DNA of 64,000 nt from Blasia pusilla (taxonomy: Eukaryota), in the NCBI GenBank assembly GCA_050084515.1, contig CM114271.1:32922001-32986000 (forward strand), written 5' to 3'. How positions within the stretch are numbered: position 1 is the first letter of the stretch; every line of letters starts with the position of its first letter. Below the pieces are notes generated by a model. That model ran no database searches, was not told the origin of the DNA, and worked only from the letters and a program-made list of their open reading frames with translations. Below, in pieces: positions 38,465-51,539 of this stretch. Made by a program: the position numbers and the translations under genes.

Positions 38465-40859
38465 ACAGACTGCGAACTTCTTGGATTTGTGAGAAGGGAT
38501 GACCGGTGTTTGTGGACAGTTGTGGAAACCTCTTGGACCTGTTTCTAATTATGAGAAAATCGATACACAAACTCGCCGTCCGATTAATTTTTTCCCCAAT
38601 CCTATCTTCTCTGTTGTAGATACGTCTTCGCTAGAGAAATGTGACGAGCAAACTCGCGTAGTCGAGTAAGAATATTCTTGTAATAGTAAGAAACTTGAGT
38701 CGTAAAAAATCAATTCATTTCGATCTCGTCAACAGAAGGCGTCCGCTTTTGTTGCTCGAGGTGGATGTATTATTTCAACCTGATGTGGGTGTCACTCTTG
38801 CAAGTGTATGGACCTTTGAAACTAAATCTCTCCTGAGGCCCATTTCCCGGACCTCGGAAAGACGCATCAATTCTCTTAATCCATACCTCCGACATCCGGG
38901 TTAAGGGCTCAGGTCGATACCTACATCCACCCATCAACTGTCTATATCCCTGTCAACTGTCCTCCAGACCCCCCGCTTCCTCGATCACAACGTACATGTC
39001 ATGTCTTATCCTCATCGGAGTGGATTCGAGCCCTTTACGTATACTCCTGCCACTCTTCCCTGAAAGAAGCCAACGTGTTCCCCCCTCAGTAATCACACCT
39101 CGCAAGTCCCATGCCTAATTCTTCACGGGACGGTGGTTAGCAAGTGAGGTGTAGGGCAAATTCTGTCAGCTCTTTTTTTCTCTGAAGATCTTCCCCAAAA
39201 CCCACATTTTGCGCGATCTGCTGCATGTGAACGCGAGTGAGACACCTTGAAAACTAAATAGATGTCACAGCATTTATCCGCGAGCACCATACCGACTGTC
39301 TGACACTCCCCAAGCCGCCCTGGACAAATCTTTATGAGGTGAGCAGGCGCATGCATTACCTTCCCGACCCTTGAATCCTTGATAATCTGATCATAAACTT
39401 CCAAGTACGTGCCAGTTTCGTCACAGAACATGGAAAGTGCATTTACCAGGTGGGATTTCTCCCGGACCTTTGCTGGTCGGGAAAGAAACTGCACTGAAAA
39501 GAAACCGTTCGGTATAACAAAAATGCCGGTGCCACGCGCCCGTAGATGGACATGGTCCGGCAGAATATGGGGTATCGCTACAGTGTATTCATATCTCCCT
39601 GGGAGACTAGTGTTAATACGTCAGTACGCGTTTATCCGTCTGAGTACAGGAGCTGAAGCGATTAATTGGGTACAGGGTATGTAAGGTTACATAGACTCTA
39701 GTTAACTCCAGCCGGAAATGATCTATTAACTAGAGTGCTGTCGAAAGCCGTTGGAGCGATCTCACTCGGCACACGTCCGCCGTCGGCGGTGGATGTCATG
39801 CTCATCCGTTAGCGAAGTAAAGTCACACTTTCGTAGTAATAATCACTGTTGTGCGGTAGCCTTACGCAGAGTCTACCACGCTTCACAATTCGTGTACCCG
39901 TCCGTCTGAAACATTGGGATGCATGGGTCAAACACGTGATAAGAAATCTTACAAAACCACTGCACCGCTCCGCATCACATCAAGATTAGTACATCTACAT
40001 GCCGACGTGTCGTGCCTATGTCGTGTGCTCAGTGCTGACCGGCTCGACGCTTGAGAACGACCGGCAGGATAACACGTGCACAGACCCACTGGGAAATTCT
40101 CCGGACGGACCGAGAGTCCCAAGTCCGATCTGCGGATTGACAGGTTGAACACGACAACGAAGTGATCAAACTAACCCAACAAGTCAAATCGAACGGAAAA
40201 GCCTGCGATCCTCATAAAAAGAAGTGTTTGCACTTGGACAGGAGAATAACAAGTAGAGTTCGGGATCCTTTTGACGAAAAAGCCGATCGTAAAAAGCTGC
40301 AAACTTCTCGTGTACGGAGAAAGACGCGGAGAAACATCGAATTTTCTACCACTCGATAAGTTAATAGTGACATATTTGAAATTTGGGGTGGGGGGGAAGG
40401 AATGGTGTCGATAGCGGAGCGGCGGCACAAATGGGAAAATGTACGGGAACGAAAGTAGAGCAGAAAAAATCCAGATTTGCGAAGACTAGAAAGCGGAATA
40501 GACTAAACTTTTGAGGTAACAATTAACGAACAGACTGGCAGTTGCATGGCTAACTGGGAGGAGGTCGCCGTGAGTAGGTGGGTAGAGAAAGACACAGACC
40601 CGATCGAAGACTCGAAGCATTAGCGTCGAGAACACCTAATGTAGCTGGTGCTGACTCATGGATCGCATGCAGCTGAACATGTTTGTAACTTTGCGGGTGG
40701 AGAGAGCCTCGAGGGAAGAAACTGATGACGTTCACCTCATGGGAGTGTGAGATTCTTCAAGAGAACAAAGATGCACTTCGATAAAAACGAGTGATGGAAA
40801 ACCCATCGGAAGTACAAAAGAGGGGGACTCAAAGAGTCAAAACCTGAAGGCCACAACAG

Positions 40860-42450
40860 GACCAGAAAAGGAAGAAGGGGGCATTCCCCCTAACGACGAA
40901 ACTCACCAACAGCAGAGACAATATCAGCAACAACAAGAGAGCTATGACTACTACTAAGTGGGCCTCTAGCGCCGGTGTCTCCCACCCCTGAGCCCGCGCA
41001 AAATCCCATTAGCCTGGCACGCGCAACGCTATGGAGACCCGCTGCCTACAATCTGAGAATCGCAGTAGCTAAGGACAACCCATTTCTCGAGTGGAGATGA
41101 TGGGCGCGATCCGAATGAACGAAGTCGAACCTCTCCCCATAGCCCCATACATCTCTATGGCCAGGGGGATGAAGATGTGTCCCTCGTGTAGTCGACTGTA
41201 GATATGTGTCTTCTTCGCCGCCGCCGCCGCTCCTTGTAGCATTCGCCCTTGGGCCACCACTTGGGCTCGCACTGCCTCCCGCGTAGGATCTGTGACTACC
41301 ACGTCCGCCACAACCACCTCAGCCTCACGTGTCATGTAGAGATCGGCACGAATGAGGGAATCCCGCATGGAGTAGTGCCTCTCTCTTTGCACATGGAAGC
41401 CACTCTCCCGAGCAATATTGAACATGATATCCCGCACTGCATCGTGAGTGGCTATCCTCTCACCCCCAACTGGACAGCGTGCCAAATGCACACCAAGTGG
41501 ATCCAGGCTCCGGCGACACTCGCAGTGTGTCGAACCAACCACCGATGGTTGGGGGAGGCCCAAGCGGAACCGCATCGCTGTGGTATAGGTAAGTGGTGCG
41601 ATACGGAAAGCCTGGAGAAGGGGGTGCGCCCCTACCCATGAGCCTGCCCCCTTTCCGGAGCAAGAGCGAATACGGGCCCTAACCTCCATGGGGATATTCC
41701 CGTCAGACATAGTGCCTCTAAAAACTGCCTCAAAGTGGGCTTCCATCAAGGAAGATTGGAGCCCAGACTGACCGGAGGTAACTAAGGAGGAGAAAGTGGG
41801 GAGAACGGCTTTGGCCTCAACTCGAAGGGAATCTCTACAAGCTATGAGTGAAGGACTGAAAGGGAAAGAGCCATCCTCGACACGGGAGACGAGTGTAGAA
41901 GGAGCGGTCTATCTCTAACCAAAAATCGGGAGCAAAGGAGGGTGCCACTGTGGCCCAACTCTCTAAAAAAAGCGGAGGGCGCCACTAACTCGGTCGAGAG
42001 AAGACCTACTCCACCAAAAGAAATCGGCCAAGAGGCTGTCTCACGAGCTAACTCCCCCATGGGGCACTCTAAGGAGCCGGGTCCTAGAAGATCCCCAAAC
42101 ACTGCATGAGCTTCCTATCAAAGGATCTATATAGGGAAGAAAGGTGACTAGATGTCCGGCAGTTCTAGTGAGGTAACCAGGTCTACGAGCAAAACAAGAA
42201 GAGAGAATGCCGAAGGCGACTTGAGGGTCACCAATCCTTGTAAGATCATCAACGTGGAGAAGATCCTCGGTAAGAGCCGCTGCCACGAAAGTCGATACAA
42301 AGTCCTGGCTCCCGAGCGGTACTCCCAAGACTCGAAGCCCTCCGACAGGTCGCAAGAAGCCGTCGGGTAAATGTAGATCATCACGTAGGCCTGATGGAGA
42401 CCAAGCCTTGCACTTCCCCACCTTCACCGCCAGGCCGACACGTTTCAAGA
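40860..42450 (-). mobile_element. 5'-truncated RLE-type non-LTR retrotransposon (CRE-like clade): RT C-terminus/thumb, zinc knuckle and restriction-like endonuclease
   Basis: GLAVKVGKCKAWSP..GLRVLGVPLGSQDFV; WPISFGGVGL; RFRLGLP..CECRRSLDPLGVHLARC..GGERIATHDAVRD; RADL..VVADVVVTDP..KTHIY..FIPLAIEMYG. Confidence 0.85.
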
Positions 42451-42689
42451 GAGAGAGGAAGAAACAGTGCTTGAGTACGGAGAAATTTATGGCGTATTAC
42501 CCCTCCATGGGAATAATATTATACCTTCCAGATCTGTTCCCTAACAGGAGACGTTTACTGCTATGTTCATTCGGATGCCGGCGAGCGTGTAACCCTAATA
42601 TACCCGCATCTGATTAGAGCCGAGATGAAAAGGGGCCTCCGGATGAACATAGTGAAAACCCATCCAGAATATAAAATAGAGGACTCGTA

Positions 42690-43310
42690 GTCGAGTACAA
42701 GAAAAGAAAAACGGGGGCATCCTTCTATCTCCTAAACTCACCAACAAAGACAATATCAACGACACCGAGAGGGAAGTGATTACCACTAAGTGGGTTTCTA
42801 GTGTTGACGTCTCCCACAATCTGAGCATGCCGCATCTTGAGCAATACTGAACATGATATCCTGCACAACATCGTGAGCGGAAATCCTCTTACCTCCAAGT
42901 AGACAGCGTGCTAAATGCACACCAAGTGGATCTAGACTTCGGTGATACTCACAATGTTTCGAACCAGTCACCAATGGTTGGGGAAGGCCTAGTCAGAACC
43001 GCATTGCACCATTTACCTATGGTGTAGGTAAATGGTGCGATACGGAAAGCCGGGATGAGGGGATGAGCCCCCAACCATGAGCCTTCCCCCTTTCCAGAGC
43101 AAGAGCGAATACGGGCGCGGACGTCCATGGGAATATCCCCATCCGACATACTGACTCTAAAAGCTGCCTTAAAGTAGGTTTCCATTAAAGAAGATTGGAG
43201 CGCAGACCGACCGGAGGTAACTAGGGAGGAGAAAGTAGGGAGAACGGCTCTAGCCTAATCTAGAAGGGAATCTCTACATGCTCCAAGGGAAGAATGTAGA
43301 AGAGAAGCCG
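42690..43310 (-). mobile_element. Second, shorter and internally deleted fragment of the same CRE-like element
   Basis: DGDIPMDVRARIRSCSGKGEGSWLGAHPL is nearly identical to the 41749-41600 translation. The 3' part (CTAAGTGGG) matches ~40900-40985. Confidence 0.85.
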
Positions 43311-43392
43311 AGATGTAGGGTACCTTAATATAGATGCATGGCCACCCTTGACCACCAAATATTTCAAGGTTTTAGGGGTCCTTCTAGTAATT

Positions 43393-43855
43393 CCGTCATC
43401 CAACTCCGTCTAGAATCGGCCATAAGCGCCTACATAGTGTAGCTCGCTGGCTACACCATGTAGCCAATGAGCTACACGGTGCTCCCGAGAGCACCCGCAT
43501 GGGGCAATCCGCCCCCATACTCAATCTTTATAAAAAATTGGGCAGCACTTCCGCATGCCACTCTTCCACACAAAAAATCGGCAACCGCAAAGCACAACCA
43601 AAGCCGCCCTTGCTCCGGTGAGCACTCCCATGAGCCGTTGAATGGGGAATACTGTCCCCAACCTGCAACAACAGCGAGTGAACAACAAGCTCCTCCATTG
43701 AAACTCTCTTACTCTCTCATTTCCTCTTTGTAAATCGCTCAAATCTCACACTATGTCTCACACCAAGCTCTCCATGGTGTGCACTCTCTCTCTCATGTCA
43801 AACCAAACCCACTCTCCTAATGAGAGGCTTGGGTTACACACACAAGGCAAGGAGG
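43393..43855 (-). mobile_element. Fragment of a third copy of the Gypsy 5' end (3' part of A plus start of leader)
   Basis: Reverse complement matches ~44660-45071, plus A sequence seen at 56610-56670. Confidence 0.9.
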
Positions 43856-44029
43856 AACATACGTTTTCCATATGCAATCTTGACGTCGGTAGACTAGATG
43901 GAGAGAAAAGAAAACAAGAAGTGCTTGTAAGGGCCGTAACAAGTAATTTTGACATATTAAATTATATTTTCTTTAAGTGCAGAGTTGCAGATTTGATTAG
44001 TATGGAAGTGGGTTTACATCAAAGTGCAT

Positions 44030-44433
44030 TCCCTTCATGGAGTCCCACTAAGTTTGTCCTCCCATTGCTGCCCGAACTTCCTATCTCTACTGTCATGTCT
44101 TTTAGGATAGATCGGCGAGATCTAGTATAGCGCCTTCGGAGATACTCGAGGATAGCCTCAAGAGGTTGAGGATGACCAGCTGAGGCAACGGGTAACCTAC
44201 GAGAGCAGGTTTTCCCTTTGTTTCGGCTCCAAATCCCTTCATGGAGTCCCACTAAGTTTGTCCTCCCATTGTTGCCCGAACTTCCTATCTCTACTGTCAT
44301 GTCTTTTAGGATAGATCGGCAAGATCTAGTAGAGCGCCTTCGGAGATACTCGAGGATAGCCTCAAGAGGTTGAGGATGACCTGCTGAGGCAACGAGTAAC
44401 CTACGAGAGCAGGTTTTCCCTTTGTTTCGGCTC
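44030..44433. repeat. 200-bp tandem duplication spanning the element's 5' junction
   Basis: 44030-44229 and 44234-44433 are nearly identical, separated by CAAA. Each contains flank, CTAC and the first ~139 bp of segment A. Confidence 0.93.
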
Positions 44434-44586
44434 ATTTGGAGCCATATTGAGGAACTTACTATTTCGGGTAAGTTACTCTTTGTGGTATAGTTTTCTTTCC
44501 ACTTTTGGAAGTTTCCTTTGACCCGCTATAGTAGATCAAGAGCCAAGGAGGTGACCTACGAGCATAGGTTATCGTGGAGAGGGCTT

Positions 44587-44668
<82 letters not shown>

Positions 44669-45633
44669 ACACCATGGAGAGCTTGGTGTGAGATTTGAGC
44701 GATTTACAAAGAGGGAATGAGAGAGTGAGAGAGTTTCAATGGAGGAGCTCGCTGGTCACTCACTGTTGTTGCAGGTTGAGGACCCTATTCCCCGTTCAGC
44801 GACTCATGGGAGTGCTAATCGGAGCAAGGGAGGCTTTGGTTGTGCTTTGCGGTTGCCGATTTTTTGTGTGGAAGAGTGGCGCGCGGGAGCGCTGCCCAAT
44901 TTTTGATAAGGTTTAAGTATGGGGGCGCGTTGCCCCATGCAGGTGCTCTCGGGAGCACTGGCATGTGTAGCTACGTGCCTACACTGTGTAGCTTGTTGGC
45001 TACATGGTGTCACCAACGAGCTACACAGTGTAGGCGCGTATGGCCGGTTCTAGACGGAGTTGGATGACGGAAAGGACATGGCTGGGTAGTCACGGCGATA
45101 ACATGTAGCATCATCAATAGCCGCGGATGGCAAAGCATAGTCTGGCCGTGAAGTGCAGCCGCAGAAGACTGGCCATGGAGTCAGGCGCGTGGCTCGCCGG
45201 TGACAAGCAAGGTTACCAACATCTCGCGGCAAGATGAGCGACAGGCTGAGTCCGGCGGCTCAAATTGGGATTGACAACATGACTCCCTTCCCCACATTTG
45301 AAGGGCCAAGGCAAGGCGGTCAGACTTTCTCTAAATTTGGAACCCCCCCACCAAATTATCTTTTGTTTTTAACTATAATGATCCCCGGAAAAACTATATC
45401 TACTCTCATAAAATATCCCACTTAGCCCACCAATAGTGGGTCAACTCCTCTAAATCTTTTTTTTCACTCAACTTCTATTCACAAGCAAATTTATTATTGT
45501 CCTATCCACTCAACATAGAAGGTCTTACTTTTCTAACCCTCAATTGAAAATTTACCAAGTATTTTTGAAGTTTGATCCTTCCCAAGCGATGGCTATGGCA
45601 ACCTACCAAAAAAATGTCGTAACTTTGTGCTCA

Positions 45634-47580
45634 CACAATGAAATTGTGCACCGTTTCTTCCACAACGTGCACACCTTCCCGATCTAGGACAAATTCAAAT
45701 TGATTTCTTCATTCAACCTTCCAACAAAAACTAATAGGGACTGTTATGCAACCCAACGTCTCTTCTCCTACGCAAAATTTGGCAGCGCTTGGGCGAGAGT
45801 AGGGAGGCCCAGTGTGGTCGTGAAGTGCGGTTCCGGCTTGCTACGGAGTAGTTCCAACCGAACAATTTTGGTTTTTGTAACGTGGTAGGCGGCTGCCAAT
45901 TTGGAGCCCTAGCAATGCGCCGACAGCAAGAGGTGGAGCGGGGCAACACCGAGCCATGCACAATGAAATTGTGCACCGTTTCTTCCACAACGTGCACACC
46001 TTCCCGATCTAGGACAAATTCAAATTGATTTCTTCATTCAACCTTCCAACAAAAACTAATAGGGACTGTCATGCAACCCAACGTCTCTTCTCCTACGCAA
46101 AATTTGGCAGCGCTTGGGCGAGAGTAGGGAGGCCCAGTGTGGTCGTGAAGTGCGGTTCCGGCTTGCTACGGAGTAGTTCCAACCGAACAATTTTGGTTTT
46201 TGTAACGTGGTAGGCGGCTGCCAATTTGGAGCCCTAGCAATGCGTTGACAGCAAGAGGTGGAGCGGGGCAACACCGAGCCGTGCACAATGAAATTGTGCA
46301 CCGTTTCTTCCACAACGTGCACACCTTCCCGATCTAGGACAAATTCAAATTGATTTCTTCATTCAACCTTCCAACAAAAACTAATAGGGACTGTCATGCA
46401 ACCCAACGTCTCTTCTCCTACGCAAAATTTGGCAGCGCTTGGGCGAGAGTAGGGAGGCCCAGTGTGGCCGTGAAGTGCGGTTCCGGCTTGCTACGGAGTA
46501 GTTCCAACCGAACAATTTTGGTTTTTGTAACGTGGTAGGCGGCTGCCAATTTGGAGCCCTAGCAATGCGTTGACAGCAAGAGGTGGAGCGGGGCAACCCG
46601 AGCCGTGCACAATGAAATTGTGCACCGTTTCTTCCACAACGTGCACACCTTCGATCTAGGACAAATTCAAATTGATTTCTTCATTCAACCTTCCAACAAA
46701 AACTAATAGGTGTCATGCAACCCAACGTCTCTTCTCCTACGCAAAATTTGGCAGCGCTTGGCGAGTAGGGAGGCCGGTGTGGCCGTGAAGTGCGGTTCCG
46801 GCTTGCTACGGAGTAGTTCCAACCGAACAATTTTGGTTTTTGTAACGTGGTAGGCGGCTGCCAATTTGGAGCCCTAGCAATGCGTTGACAGCAAGAGGTG
46901 GAGCGGGGGCAACACCGAGCCGTGCACAATGAAATTGTGCACCGTTTCTTCCACAGCGTGCACACCTTCCCGATCTAGGACAAATTCAAATTGATTTCTT
47001 CATTCAACCTTCCAACAAAAACTAATAGGGACTGTCATGCAACCCAACGTCTCTTCTCCTACGCAAAATTTGGCAGCGCTTGGGCGAGAGTAGGGAGGCC
47101 CAGTGTGGCCGTGAAGTGCGGTTCCGGCTTGCTACGGAGTAGTTCCAACCGAAAATTTTTGGTTTTTGTAACGTGGTAGGCGGCTGCCAATTTGGAGCCC
47201 TAGCAATGCGTTGACAGCAAGAGGTGGAGCGGGGGCAACACCGAGCCGTGCACAATGAAATTGTGCACCGTTTCTTCCACAGCGTGCACACCTTCCCGAT
47301 CTAGGACAAATTCAAATTGATTTCTTCATTCAACCTTCCAACAAAAACTAATAGGGACTGTCATGCAACCCAACGTCTCTTCTCCTACGCAAAATTTGGC
47401 AGCGCTTGGGCGAGAGTAGGGAGGCCCAATGTGGCCGTGAAGTGCGGTTCCGGCTTGCTACGGAGTAGTTCCAACCGAACAATTTTGGTTTTTGTAACGT
47501 GGTATGCGGCTGCCAATTTGGAGCCCTAGCAATGCGCCGACAGCAAGAGGTGGAGCGGGGCAACACCGAGCCGTGCACAA
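45634..47580. repeat. Tandem array of six ~325-bp units inside the retrotransposon leader
   Basis: Unit starts (CACAATGAAATTGTGCACCG) at 45634, 45959, 46284, 46608, 46925 and 47251; very few differences between units. Confidence 0.97.
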
Positions 47581-49159
47581 CGGCCTCCACCACGACCCTC
47601 AATTGGTGCCCATGTGGCTTCCCATGAGTGCGATCAACGCGGCTATAACAAGGCTAACAAGCGGCCTTTGATGGCGGAAGGCGGGCAGGCATAGTCGGTT
47701 CGTGAAGTGCGGCCAAGGCATTGGTGGCTGTGTTTATAGGTTTGAAGTTTTTGTTGGGAGAAATCAACCCAAGAATTCCGCTGGCGCCTTACTCTAAGGT
47801 GCTCCAACTCCGTAACCCCGGCCTGACATTGCTCTACTGGCCTTGTCGCGGTCTCCGGTTTGCTTGCCGTGCTAAGCTATTCCTGACCCTGTTGTGAACT
47901 CCACGCAGCTGCTGCCGTGTGTTGCTATGGTGCAACTGCCTACTTCATCCGCAGGCTACTGACTACTGCGTCTGGTCATTCTAGCCGGCGCAGTTAGTGA
48001 TTGTGGCCATGGCCGCCTGACATTAGCTGTTGGCTCCATCCAGATGCCGTTGCCTTCGTCAAATGAAGTTCTTGCACAGTAAAAAATAGGACGATGGGCC
48101 CTACGGACAACTGATTTTGCAATTTTTGGCTGCTGATGAGAGGTTGTAACTGCTCGTCACCGATCGACCGAGGATTGGCCGCTCAGCGATGACATGTGAA
48201 CTTTTTTGAGTGATGGGGTCGCCATTTCTTTTATGCCTTGCTATGTCTTGAGATTGGTAGCTGCTCGACGACGTTCGAGTACCGTGCCGTGACACCTGTA
48301 GCAACAACGCGCCGCTGATTGCCGTGCCGTGCCGCTTGTGGCTGCACCGCATCATCTCGATCGTGAAGCCGCACCATCATTGGAGCAGAGTGTGTTTTGA
48401 TTTTAAGGAGGGTATACGGCATCCTATTCTCGAGTGCCGTGCTGTTCCGTTCCACCAGTGCCGCACCATGCCGTTGGACCCGCACCGCACATTGAGAAGA
48501 TTTGAGCATCGTCATTATCACAGGAGTGCGACTTGATGCTTGGAGGAGTTTGTCTTCACGACCAAGTTGGGGTTGAAATTTGTAGTTGCTGAGGAGCGAC
48601 ATCGATACTTGTTCAGGTTACCCATTTTGGTCTTTTGCCCTGCACGTGTTAGGGAATTCCGGGTATTGGGCAATTATTTGGGGATATTGGGTTTCGTGCA
48701 GATGCTGAGAGCATCGTTGATGTATGGGTTTAGGGGACATAGACGTGTGTGGGATGTCCATATTTGAGGGTATGTTTTGTCGATGAGAGGGTAGATCAGT
48801 CGATTTTCCGCACCACGCTGCTTGTTGCAGCACAACAAACGTCTCAGTGAGAGTGTGTAGATTGAGTGCCGCCTGTTTAGTTTGAGTGATTGAGTGATTA
48901 CTCGCAAGATTGAGAGTGATCGTGTGAGAGAGGCACAAGGGTCATTACGGGGTCCTTTCAGGACTTTGAGAGGCGAGGTGGTGGGCCTGAGGGTAGCTCT
49001 AGAGGATTTACACGGAGTGGCGTGAGGTTTCAAGCATCTCCACTTGAGGGGCCGTCTCGACCTCCTTCTGTGTCATCTTTAAACCAGGAGGAGAGTGCAG
49101 AGGAGTTTGTTAGTGCATTACCGCACATATTGAGTGGTCCTACCAGTTGGGCGTACAAG

Positions 49160-51200
49160 ATGGACGAGCGGGGTAGAGGACCACATAGGTTTCCGGGTGC
49201 TATAGGCACAATAGAGTTGCACGACTTTATTGCAGAGTTTTGGAGTTGATGTGAGTCACAACGGGAAAGGAACTCCAGAGAGTTCAACCCGTTTACAACA
49301 TGGAATAGAATATTTCAACATTTAGAGGGGGCACCCATGGACGATTACCATGAGTTCTCCCACCGATACGACCAGGAGATTGAGGCATGGAGACTCTACT
49401 ATGATCCACATTATGTGTCATGGACTGATCCGTTTCCAAATGAGGAGGAGGAGTCGGGAGAGGCTACTTCTTCTTCCACCAGTGATGTTGTAGGAGGGGT
49501 AACTTGCACTGGAGCAGTTGCACCATCTAGTCAGGTTCATCCCAGGTTTAACCCCATGGTTGAGTTCTTTGTTGAGTTGCGGACGAGCTACCAAGGGGTA
49601 TAGACGGAGAAGTTGCGGAGTATCCACGACTTCTAGAGGCGTCGGGTGAGAGTTTGCATGAGGCCTACACTCGTTTGCGCCGGTTGATTAGCATCACTCA
49701 GGGGGTGACAAAGTCCCAGACTATCCAGTCATGGTACGTGATGCTGGACCAAAACTTGCGGACACAGATGAGGGATGGGGTGCTTCTTATGAACACCTCC
49801 CCTACATTGAGAGATGTTTTTATGACCACCAAGAACATTGAGCACAACATGGCGGAGGAGAGCGTAGCCACCATGGGTTATGCGCGAAAGCAGTCACGAT
49901 TGCTTATACCACCAGTGCAGCAACGTGCATTTTGAGAGAGGTCTGTGGCACCACGAGTTCAGAGAGGATATCGGGAGGCCGTGCCACAAACACCTGCGCC
50001 TTCATATGCGGCTAAGAAATAGCCGCCAGCGATTATTTGTTCAGCATGTGGTGGAGCCCATCACCAACGCGATTGCACTCGTCAGGGGCATGGACGTGTG
50101 CCTCGGCATGGAGGAGGAGATGGTGCTGCACTAGGAGTTTATCAGTGTGACTATTTTTAGAGGTATGGTCACACACGCGCCAGGTGATTTAGCCTTCATC
50201 CTAAGTTACGTCCACACCGAGGGCCACAGAGGGCACCAGAGCGAGTTTTCGGTCCGGGTGGGCCTAGAGATCGTGCACCAGGTGGTCCCGTTGGGGGACA
50301 AGGAGTTGGAGTTTCCCGAGGGGGTGGTGGAGTTTCCCATGCAAGAGGTACAGTTCCACCACCTAGATGTGTCCAAGGAGACGTCAAGCGTGAGACTGGG
50401 ATGGCTCCTTAGATACAGCATCAACAGATTGTTGCTATGGCATTGAGGTTCCCCGATGCCGGAGCCAAAGCCGGGGCACTGACGTCTTATGGAGCAACTG
50501 GAGATATGGAGGATCCTAGCTAGATGTGCGCAATTGTTGAGTTGGAGGCAGTTGATGTTGTTACATGTGGAGCCGCCGTAGAGTGGGATCCATAGAGAGG
50601 GGAAGCATCACGTTCAGAGGTGATTGCAAAGGAGGTGATGGACCTGCCCTTGGAGCCAATGCTCGGGCCGCCCACCTCAGATTCATGGCAAGTTGCAGAT
50701 GCTAGGATGGCGGAGATGCCCGCTAGACCCACGATAGAGCGTGCCATGGTTGCTCCACGTGTTGTGTTGATGGATAACCGGGGAAAGATCTTCCAATTGG
50801 TGAGTCCAGGAGGTAGATTTTTTTTCTGCAGCGTGTCTTGTTAGATTCAAGAGCGCAACCCCTGATGTTGTGGAAGGCGGAATTTATAGGTTTGGGCTTG
50901 ACAAGGGCCGATGTGGAGCATTTTTCATTCCGGATACAAACATCCTTGGATGGAGCGAGTACCACACAATTTATCACTTGACATGAGGTTGTGGTGAGGA
51001 TTCGCCCATGACATCCTACCGATGAGTCCGTGGTGCAAGCCAAGGCGATAGTGACCGATGCCGAGTCCTACAACGTCTTGGTTGATGGAGCAGTGTTGTA
51101 CCCGATGGGGTTTTCCCTAAACAAGGAGTCAGCGTCTTACAAACCACGATGGTAGTCCGATGATGGGCACCTTAGCTCATTACCTGTTCGATTCACGGGT
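49160..51200 (+). pseudogene. gag: gag (two zinc knuckles) and aspartic protease, disrupted
   Basis: MDERGRGPHRFPG..ELHDFIAEF; ESLHEAYTRLRRLI; CSACGGAHHQRDC (~50038); CDYF*RYGHTRAR (~50146); protease VLLDSRAQ (~50835; decayed D-S-G) and YNVLVDG. Confidence 0.8.
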
Positions 51201-51539
51201 GGAGTGATCGAGCGACGACCAAGAGAGATGGCGACATTAGCCGTGTTCAAAAGCGCCATCACGTGGCCTTGTGATTTGATTGAGGGGCATGCCCATGCAG
51301 AGGACACTCCCGCGCCTGACACTTCTAGGGAGAGTAATGTTATGGTAGCAAGATCAATCTGTGGAGGAGAGGTGTTGTTGTGGAGCTCGAGTGAGGAGCT
51401 TCGACGCTTGGTCGATGAGCATGTATAGATGGCGTGGAGTCAGGTGTTTGCATCAGAGCGTGATGGGTCACAAAAACCCAAGGTAGCCAAGAGTGCTACT
51501 ATGACCCCTTTGGACACCACCTCAATTGTGTGGTGCATC

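Noticed and set aside
45634-47580. CRISPR array or repeated small genes (62-89 aa ORFs)
   Set aside because: Whole 325-bp units repeat with no unique spacers, there are no cas genes, and the context is eukaryotic. The ORFs are by-products of the repeat
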